A DNA stretch of 64,000 bases, from NCBI GenBank assembly GCA_031426835.1, contig JASJPF010000016.1:24023-88022 (forward strand). Direction: 5' to 3'. The stretch comes from Thiobacillus sp. Lineage in GTDB: Bacteria > Pseudomonadota > Gammaproteobacteria > Burkholderiales > Thiobacillaceae. The translations under genes and the position numbers were made by a program. This document shows positions 9,363 through 16,558 of this stretch, piece after piece. Every line of letters starts with the position of its first letter. The first letter of the stretch is position 1. The notes beneath the pieces are model-generated. The model worked only from the letters and a program-made list of their open reading frames with translations. It did not search any database and had not been told where the DNA came from.

Positions 9363-9748
9363 ACCGCTACCTCCTGGATACATGCACGTTTCTCTGGCTG
9401 GTTGCAGGCAGCGACACGCTCTCCAAAGCGGCAAGGGAAATCATCCGCAATCCCGATAACGAGGTTTTTCTCTCCGTGGTGAGCGCTTGGGAAATTGTGG
9501 TTAAACACGGCATTAACAAGCTACCGTTGCCACAAAAACCTGACCTGTTCGTGCGCCGCCAGCGCGAAGATCACATGCTGGCAAGTTTGCCATTACTGGA
9601 AGCGCATGTGCTGACGCTGATCAAGCTGCCGGGCATTCATCACGACCCGTTTGATCGAATGCTGGTATGCCAGGCGGTGGCTGAAGGTTTGACGGTTCTG
9701 ACACCGGACGAGGCTATCAGCCAATATCCCGTTCGTACGGCGTGGTAG
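9359..9748 (+). CDS. vapC: Type II toxin VapC (PIN-domain ribonuclease)
   Basis: 129 aa. YLLDTCTFLW (first acidic residue), SVVSAWEIVVK, HHDPFDRMLVCQA. TTG start overlaps the antitoxin TGA. Confidence 0.9.
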   Translation: MNRYLLDTCTFLWLVAGSDTLSKAAREIIRNPDNEVFLSVVSAWEIVVKHGINKLPLPQKPDLFVRRQREDHMLASLPLLEAHVLTLIKLPGIHHDPFDRMLVCQAVAEGLTVLTPDEAISQYPVRTAW

Positions 9749-9751
9749 GGC

Positions 9752-11380
9752 TCAGCGTAAATACCCCTCGTGCTCCAGTTTGAGTAGGACTTGTTGCACC
9801 GCTTCCTCGATTCCCAGGCTGGTGGTATCGATCGCCAGTTCGGCATTTTCTGGCACTTCATAGGGATCGGACACCCCGGTAAACTCGGGAATCAACCCTG
9901 CCCGAGCCTTGGCATACAAGCCTTTTCGGTCACGTGCTTCGCAGGTTTCGATCGGAGTGGCGACATGGACTTCGACAAACCCACCGACCGCTTCAATCAT
10001 CGCCCGCACATCCCGACGGGTTTGCTTATACGGTGCGATCGGTGCACAGATGGCAATACCGCAATTTTTCGTAATTTCGGACGCCACAAAGCCAATCCTG
10101 CGCACATTGATATCGCGATGCGCTTTGGAAAACCCCAACTCTGAAGACAGGTTACGGCGAACAATGTCGCCGTCAAGCAGGGTCACCATGCGCCCACCGG
10201 TTTCCATCAAACGCGCCGCCAGCATGCGTGCCAGCGTGGACTTCCCTGCACCGGACAAACCGGTAAAAAATACGGTGAAGCCCTGACGCTCACGCGGGGG
10301 ATTCTGCCGTTTCAGTTCGGCCAACACTTCGGGAAAGCTATACCAGTCTGGAATTTTCAGACCGGACTGCAAGCGCCGCTGGAACTCTTCTCCGCTCAGG
10401 GTCAGAAGCCTGGAACCGGGCGGCGCTTCCGATTCTGGCAGGTATTCCGCACGGTCTTCCACATACACCATGCGCGGATAGGCAATCAGCTTTACGCCAA
10501 TCATTTCAGCCTGTTTCACCGCCTGATGATCAGCATGGTGTTCGTCAAGGTCTTTACCTCGCCGATAATTTCCATCTGAAAGATGTTGGCCTCCTGCAAT
10601 CAGCAGGGCACAACCATAATTTCGTGCAACGATGGCACGCAGCAGCAGTGAACGTGGGCTGGCCTCGCGTGGGGGCGCCGGAAAAAGCGATAACTGGGTC
10701 GTCGCCGCAGGGAAACGATCACGAATGGCGATAAAACTTCGCACCAAACCAAAGTAACCGGGCGCATCTGTAATGTCGCCTCCGGCCTTGGGGTGCAACA
10801 ACAGGTTGGCTTCGTGGGAAATTGCACTTTTCAGGCAGAACTCAAACTGCGCCCGGTGCATCGGTTGGCGTGCCTGCCAGGCCACCACACGCCGCCAGCC
10901 TCTGCGCGCAAACAGGGCGCGCAGTTCGGCCGGAGTGGCGCGCAGCGATGCAAAATCAGGATGGGGGGGCAATGCAACGCCTTCAACCTTTCCGCCCACA
11001 TGCCAGACGCCAGCATCATCCCACGCATCAGCGATGGTCAAAATGGCAAGCATGTATCCCTCACCATCGCGTAGCGCAACACGGTCCCCGGTTTTCATTT
11101 TTTCCGTGGCGTGATGCTGAAAAGCCAGGGAAATCGGCAGCGGCCAAAACGTACCGTCATCCAGTTTTTGATCGGTTTCGACTTGCGCACATTGAGCGCG
11201 CGTCATGAACCCGGTCAGGGGTGAGTAGGCGCCCGTCATCAGCATTTCAAGATCGCATTGCTGACGCCAATCCAGATCGATCGAGGGCAAACTGAAAGCC
11301 TCTTGCTTGAGTGCTTCAGTCTTCGCGGGGTCAATCAGATTGACGAGGTTGCCGCCGTAGGGCGAGATCAATTGATCCAC
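9752..11380 (-). CDS. cysC: Two-domain APS kinase: N-terminal ATP-sulfurylase-like domain with degenerate catalytic motifs + C-terminal adenylylsulfate kinase
   Basis: 542 aa. The C-terminal domain carries FFTGLSGAGKSTLA, LLDGDIVRRNL and GLIPEFTGVSDPYE. The N-terminal domain is Sat-like but reads QARQPMHRAQ (canonical QTRNPxHRxH) and AGGQHLS (canonical GRDHAG). GTG start lies 3 nt after the DHH stop. Confidence 0.88.
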   Translation of the reverse strand: MDQLISPYGGNLVNLIDPAKTEALKQEAFSLPSIDLDWRQQCDLEMLMTGAYSPLTGFMTRAQCAQVETDQKLDDGTFWPLPISLAFQHHATEKMKTGDRVALRDGEGYMLAILTIADAWDDAGVWHVGGKVEGVALPPHPDFASLRATPAELRALFARRGWRRVVAWQARQPMHRAQFEFCLKSAISHEANLLLHPKAGGDITDAPGYFGLVRSFIAIRDRFPAATTQLSLFPAPPREASPRSLLLRAIVARNYGCALLIAGGQHLSDGNYRRGKDLDEHHADHQAVKQAEMIGVKLIAYPRMVYVEDRAEYLPESEAPPGSRLLTLSGEEFQRRLQSGLKIPDWYSFPEVLAELKRQNPPRERQGFTVFFTGLSGAGKSTLARMLAARLMETGGRMVTLLDGDIVRRNLSSELGFSKAHRDINVRRIGFVASEITKNCGIAICAPIAPYKQTRRDVRAMIEAVGGFVEVHVATPIETCEARDRKGLYAKARAGLIPEFTGVSDPYEVPENAELAIDTTSLGIEEAVQQVLLKLEHEGYLR

Positions 11381-11383
11381 AGT

Positions 11384-12346
11384 TCAGCTCCGGGTGAAAA
11401 CTGCATAAAAGGCAGTAACAAATCGATCGACTTCGGACTCGGGCAAGTGATTGATGCCCGCAGCGCCTTTGCGACCGCCGCCTGTCTCGAACTGGCTGCA
11501 CAGCACGTCCGCACCTGACCTGGCTTCCAGCGGGGCGCGAACACTCACCACATATCCCCCTGATGGCTTGGCCGTGAGGACAGCATGCGCCTGTGCGGGG
11601 CTATCGACGGCGAGTTGATTACCCAACACGCCGGAAATCCGCCGCGCCCATTTCTCTGCAGGCAGCATGAAAATACGTCCGACGGTGCGCGTTTCTGTTG
11701 CATTTACGGCGACGGCGCGGACCATGTCGCTCTGGTAACCGGTCTTAAGCGTTTGATAGGCGGGCGACTCGGCAATGAAAGCGAAAGGATTGGAAAATGG
11801 GCGCAACTGGCGATACAAATCGGCCGGGTCGTAAAACAGGTCGTCGAGCGTTTCACCGTAACCGTTGTAGTTGAGGCATTCACCCAGTGATTTCAGTTGA
11901 AGCAGTTGACCATCAGACAGGTTGAGCGGCGCGGCAGCCTGACGCGCCGCATCAGCCAGGTTGTCACCAAACGCAGCAGTCACGGCCCATACCAACTGTT
12001 TACCTTGCAAAGTATGGTTGACCAGGAGGCTGGTGCACGTGTTGGCATCGGTATCAATATGCGGTTCGAAATGAGGGTGCGAGGGAATATCGCCGGGCTG
12101 ATGGTGGTCAAAGTAGCGCACATACGCACCCGCCTTGAGAAGTTGATCCAGCGCTTCGCGGTTTTTTGACAGCGCGATATCAAGCACGGTGATGCGGTCC
12201 CCTGCAGCGGCTTTTGCCCGCCCCAGCAAGCTGATATCGCGCTTGGGGCCCGTTATCAAATCGGCCTCGATCGGGTCGACCAAACGCAACTGATGCAGTG
12301 CGCAAATACCGTCGGCGTCGCCGTTGAATACATCAATGAAATGCAT
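11384..12346 (-). CDS. DHH/DHHA1-family phosphoesterase (NrnA-like; candidate pAp phosphatase)
   Basis: FNGDADGICA (motif I), FDHHQP (DHH), ETGGGRKGAAG (DHHA1 GGGH-type motif). ATG at 12346 overlaps the upstream gene by 14 nt. Confidence 0.82.
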   Translation of the reverse strand: MHFIDVFNGDADGICALHQLRLVDPIEADLITGPKRDISLLGRAKAAAGDRITVLDIALSKNREALDQLLKAGAYVRYFDHHQPGDIPSHPHFEPHIDTDANTCTSLLVNHTLQGKQLVWAVTAAFGDNLADAARQAAAPLNLSDGQLLQLKSLGECLNYNGYGETLDDLFYDPADLYRQLRPFSNPFAFIAESPAYQTLKTGYQSDMVRAVAVNATETRTVGRIFMLPAEKWARRISGVLGNQLAVDSPAQAHAVLTAKPSGGYVVSVRAPLEARSGADVLCSQFETGGGRKGAAGINHLPESEVDRFVTAFYAVFTRS

Positions 12347-14642
12347 GGGATGCCGGGGAGTGAAGCCGTTGAGCGGCGCGGAAGTATGGCCATTGTATGA
12401 ATGAAAGTGCTGTAATGACAAGAACATGCAACGCACCGTAGCGCAGCCAGATGACAGTTTGCGTGACGTAATGCTGGCGGTCCGGGCTCAATAAAAACTG
12501 CAGTGCCGAAAACTGCTGGTCATATTTGTGGATTTCGCCTGCCAGCCCGACGTACAGAAACAATGCAGCCAATGGCAACGAAATGAGGCCTCCAGCCAAC
12601 CGGGGGATGCGCTGGCCCGCGGACGAGGGCGAAGCGATCAAGGCCGCTGCAAAGAACACGGTGAAAAGCCAGGCACATAACACCACAAAAGCCAGCGGTT
12701 GTGGCTCAGCAATCAACTCGGTGAGATTGTCAGTTCCCGCCTGCATCACCACGCCCCAATACGCCAACACCAAACTTGGAACCGCGCTCCAGAATTGCAT
12801 GGCGCCGAGCCTTCGCCCACGCCACCGTCGAACGGCTTGCGCAGCCAGATATAACAACGTACCCGGTATCGCAGCCAGCGCAATCCAGCGCAGCCCGATC
12901 TCCCATTGCCCCGCCCAGCCCAACACCGGGCTACCCACCACATCATGCAGGCTTTCATCCGGGACGGCCATTTTCAGCATGAGAAATGACACCCCGCCAT
13001 AAACCAGCAAACCCAACGGCAATTGCCACAGACGATGGACGCCGGATAGTTGGAGCCGGGCCAGCCACACAGGCCACACTGCCAGCCAGTAACACACGCC
13101 GGCAAGCAGCAAAGCCGACAACCAGATGGCATCCTGCCGGAGCAGTTCACGCGCGTTGTACGGCACAAAGGGTGCATGCGCCGCGCTCCAAAACAGCAAC
13201 CCCATCCCGGCGATCATCAATGGAAAATGCCAGCGCATTCCGGCTACCGGAGTCGCGGCAGTCTGCGCCGGCGGATGATCGGTTGTTCCTTGAAATATGG
13301 CGCGACGCGGCGCATGCAATATGCGGCGCGCCACCCAATAGCCCGCGAGTCCACCCAGCCAGGCCAAAAACCAATCGGTGGTGTCGGCAATTTTAAGGGG
13401 CAGCATCACCTGCCCCAACTCAACGATGGCAGGCATCATCGCCAGTGTCAGCATGGCCAGCGCGAACAACGGCCCACGCCAACGCCAGGGCTGGCGTGCC
13501 ACGCCCCATGCCAGCAATCCGCCAAGTGGCGCAAAGAATAGGGTCTTGCGCAGGACCTCGGTAATGGCACGATACTCAGTGCCGAAGTAATACACCTCGA
13601 ACGGCACTCGATAAATAAAATCGAGACGACTTTTGATAAAAGCGCCGTCAGTGCGGAATTCGAAGGGAAACCAGAACACGAATAACAACACGACCATCCA
13701 CCCCAATGCCAAGGCAAATGGCAGCCATGCTGCCCAAGGCAGGGCGTGATTCTCGGTTGCTTCGCGCTTAGCCAAACGCCCGCCGACAAAGCTGCCTAAT
13801 GCCGCCCCAGCGGCCGCTGTAAACAAGTCGGTGACATCGCTCACGCGCGAGTAGACAAACAGTTGTAAAAACTCCAGCAGGGTGGCAGTCGCCAATGCCA
13901 TACCCCATGCACGCCATGCGCTGCGCGTTCCATCCAGCCGCCAAAGCAGCGCGAGGGGTGTCCAGATCAGGGCATCGCTGGCGATTTCATACAGGGCGTA
14001 GGCGGCATCGTCCGGCAGCCGTCCAAACGGAATCAGGTTGAGCTTGCCGCTCTGCCACTTATGGAATATCTCGACCAGGCTGATGGTCAGATCAAGCGGC
14101 AGAACGTTATAAGTCAAGACGCCTGCCAAATACACCCAGGCCAAACGTTCTGCCAGTGCGGCGCGAGCATGAAGGTGCTGCCAGGACTGCAGCCAGCCAA
14201 CAAAGCGATGACCGCCCCCCCACCAAGCCAGCACGCCGATGGCACCACCCAGCGCCTCGGCCATGATGTCATTCTGCGAAACGGTACGTTGCGGGAAAAA
14301 CAGCTGGCTAAACTCGATACCGAAACTGAAAGCAGTAGCCGCCGGAATCAGCGCCAACGTGGCCAACACGCCAAAAACACGGCTCTTTCCGGCCACCAAT
14401 GCGCTCATCCATAAAAACGACAAAGGAATGAATAGCAGAAGATTGGCCACCCAGTCGGCGCGCGAGCCGATACCCAGTTCAAGAAACGGGATCTCGCCAA
14501 ACCGTGCAATCGCCTCGCCCCAGGGGATGGGCCGAAAGTCCAGTGGAACCAGACTGCCATAAATAACAAATACGGTGTATGCCAGTGCGGCCATCCACAA
14601 CAGGCCGCTGGAATTTCCGGAAGCCTTCACGTCGCGGTTCAT
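12333..14642 (-). CDS. Polytopic membrane protein with three tandem VanZ-like modules plus a ~300-aa multi-TM C-terminal region of unknown family
   Basis: Three repeats of the VanZ signature E-x-x-Q-x(4-5)-R/K-x(3)-D: IEFSQLFFPQRTVSQNDIMAEALGGAIG, LEFLQLFVYSRVSDVTDLFTAAAGAALG, VELGQVMLPLKIADTTDWFLAWLGGLAG. Start taken at ATG 14642, which overlaps the upstream TGA as ATGA. Confidence 0.72.
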   Translation of the reverse strand: MNRDVKASGNSSGLLWMAALAYTVFVIYGSLVPLDFRPIPWGEAIARFGEIPFLELGIGSRADWVANLLLFIPLSFLWMSALVAGKSRVFGVLATLALIPAATAFSFGIEFSQLFFPQRTVSQNDIMAEALGGAIGVLAWWGGGHRFVGWLQSWQHLHARAALAERLAWVYLAGVLTYNVLPLDLTISLVEIFHKWQSGKLNLIPFGRLPDDAAYALYEIASDALIWTPLALLWRLDGTRSAWRAWGMALATATLLEFLQLFVYSRVSDVTDLFTAAAGAALGSFVGGRLAKREATENHALPWAAWLPFALALGWMVVLLFVFWFPFEFRTDGAFIKSRLDFIYRVPFEVYYFGTEYRAITEVLRKTLFFAPLGGLLAWGVARQPWRWRGPLFALAMLTLAMMPAIVELGQVMLPLKIADTTDWFLAWLGGLAGYWVARRILHAPRRAIFQGTTDHPPAQTAATPVAGMRWHFPLMIAGMGLLFWSAAHAPFVPYNARELLRQDAIWLSALLLAGVCYWLAVWPVWLARLQLSGVHRLWQLPLGLLVYGGVSFLMLKMAVPDESLHDVVGSPVLGWAGQWEIGLRWIALAAIPGTLLYLAAQAVRRWRGRRLGAMQFWSAVPSLVLAYWGVVMQAGTDNLTELIAEPQPLAFVVLCAWLFTVFFAAALIASPSSAGQRIPRLAGGLISLPLAALFLYVGLAGEIHKYDQQFSALQFLLSPDRQHYVTQTVIWLRYGALHVLVITALSFIQWPYFRAAQRLHSPASHAFH

Positions 14643-15892
14643 GGTTGCGCAGTGTCCAGCGTACGCAGCAAGGCGGGGGGTATTTTTGCCCCGGGACGCC
14701 CCGTTGCTTGCCAACCAGGATAGTCTGAAAATTCGCGCATCAAGCCAGAGGGCAAGTCGTGCGCCACAGACTCTAACGCCAGCAAACGCGCGGTGAGATC
14801 CGGAACGGGGACGCTCGCCAGCTCGCGTCGATAGGCCAAGGTGACATTTTGTGCCGCCTCGCCGCCATGCAGGGGCGTGCTGGCCGCCACGACGTTAGCG
14901 ATCACGTACTGACGATAAGCGGTGCTGTCGCCCCTGCGCACCTGGATGCCCGTGCCCGAAGCCAGTATCGTATTGGAAAAAATCGCCATGTCACGCGGCA
15001 CGTCATTGTGCGGCTGGATATGAATCGCATCGCCGCTGTCGTTGATGAACGCATTGTCATACAACGCCATCCGGCCTTCCGCCTGCAGCAGCGCTTCGGT
15101 CGGATTCGGCAAAAAAAGATTGCCATAGACCAGATAGCGGTCCTCGCTGCCAGGCCCCGCCAAGGGGAAATGTCCCAGCAGAACATTGGGACGGGCTTGC
15201 GGCCCGGGCAAGGTGTCCTGCTTGGAGAATACGTTATAACGAATCATCGTATCGTGAGGCTCTGCGATGTCGGGCGGACGTGTTTTCTGATGTTTGAATT
15301 GCAGGTTGTAACCCAGCGTATGCGAGACATGATTGGCTTCTATGAGGCCGCCGATAAAGGGGTCGGAGCCATCCGAATCGCCAAAGTACATCCCGGTGCC
15401 GACTCGCTCGATACGATTCTTCCTGACCACCCAGCCCAGCGCCGGACATTTGGTCGAGATGCCCACATTTTGCTGCGAAGCTGCATGGTCATGGATGAAG
15501 AGGTGCTCCAGGGTAATGAAATCGGCAAAACGACTATGGCCTTCAGCCTTGAGTGCATCCACCGGCACATTGCGACCATCCAGTTCCAGATAGCGCAATA
15601 TCAGATAACGCACATTGACCAGGCTGACCGTATTGGCCCCCGGCCGCGCGATGAACCGCGGCAAGGGTGCTGAAGGGTTAAGCGCTTCGATGATAATGGG
15701 TTGGCCGGAGCGACCAGACAACTCATGCAAGGGTAGGCCCTGACGATAGTCGCCGGCCTTGAGCAGCAATCGATCGCCCGGTTGCAGCCGACGCAGCTGT
15801 TCGCGGTAATCATCAGGACCCGCACGGTAGTCTGCTGCAAACACCATGCCAGACGCCAGACAGAGCAACCCCGCGCAGACCCTGTCCAGCAT
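14639..15892 (-). CDS. Secreted right-handed parallel beta-helix repeat protein (polysaccharide lyase/epimerase-like fold)
   Basis: Signal peptide MLDRVCAGLLCLASGMVFAADY. Repetitive N/G/I-rich beta-helix-type turns (HLFIHDH, RKNRIERVGTGMYFGDS, GGLIEANHV, YDNAFINDSGDAIHI, FSNTILASGTGIQV). Its ATG directly abuts the aroK TGA (TGAATG). Confidence 0.65.
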   Translation of the reverse strand: MLDRVCAGLLCLASGMVFAADYRAGPDDYREQLRRLQPGDRLLLKAGDYRQGLPLHELSGRSGQPIIIEALNPSAPLPRFIARPGANTVSLVNVRYLILRYLELDGRNVPVDALKAEGHSRFADFITLEHLFIHDHAASQQNVGISTKCPALGWVVRKNRIERVGTGMYFGDSDGSDPFIGGLIEANHVSHTLGYNLQFKHQKTRPPDIAEPHDTMIRYNVFSKQDTLPGPQARPNVLLGHFPLAGPGSEDRYLVYGNLFLPNPTEALLQAEGRMALYDNAFINDSGDAIHIQPHNDVPRDMAIFSNTILASGTGIQVRRGDSTAYRQYVIANVVAASTPLHGGEAAQNVTLAYRRELASVPVPDLTARLLALESVAHDLPSGLMREFSDYPGWQATGRPGAKIPPALLRTLDTAQP

Positions 15893-16444
15893 TCAGACCA
15901 CCGTATCGGGCGGAGGCAAACCACTCCGCAACAAATCCAGCTTGCCCAACAGAACCCGCATCATGCCGGCAACGCCTTGCCGCCCGGTATCCACCACGAT
16001 ATCGGCCACTTCCCGGTACAGCGGGTCCCGCTGCTGATATAACTCACGTAACCTGGCCAGCGGATCCTCGGTTTGTAACAGGGGGCGATTGCGGTCGTGC
16101 CGGGTACGCTCATACAGATGCTCCGGTGTTCCACGCAAGTAAATCACCACCCCATTTTTCCGCAAATTCTCACGGGTAACGGACGACAGCACCGCGCCGC
16201 CACCGGTGGCCAGCACAATGCCGGTCATGGCCGTCAGCTCGGCAATCACCCCTTCCTCGCGCTTGCGAAAGCCCGCTTCGCCCTCGATTTCGAAAACAAC
16301 CGGAATCTTGACGCCGGTGCGTGCCTCGATTTCGTGATCCGAGTCATGGAAGGCACAACCATAATGCCTGGCCAGCAGTCGTCCCACCGTGGTTTTTCCG
16401 GCACCCATCAGTCCGACGAGGAAAAGATTGTCTCGCTTGCTCAT
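15893..16444 (-). CDS. aroK: Shikimate kinase
   Basis: LFLVGLMGAGKTTVGRLLA, GGGAVL. Sits after pilQ, as is canonical. Confidence 0.95.
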   Translation of the reverse strand: MSKRDNLFLVGLMGAGKTTVGRLLARHYGCAFHDSDHEIEARTGVKIPVVFEIEGEAGFRKREEGVIAELTAMTGIVLATGGGAVLSSVTRENLRKNGVVIYLRGTPEHLYERTRHDRNRPLLQTEDPLARLRELYQQRDPLYREVADIVVDTGRQGVAGMMRVLLGKLDLLRSGLPPPDTVV

Positions 16445-16558
16445 GGCGCCATTCTAATTGAGAGTCCCCTGATGGGCAGCGGTGTAAGTTGGGCGAGAGA
16501 AGAAAATCAGGGCGAAAAAAAGCGCGGGGCCAGCCCGCGCTCGAATGGGTAATCGCGA

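Noticed and set aside
12333-13300. C-terminal polytopic domain of the 3xVanZ protein as a hidden exosortase (XrtA/EpsH).
   Set aside because: I found no conserved Cys-x-Gly active-site-type motif or Arg/His signature in the translation. Only the general multi-TM character is shared.
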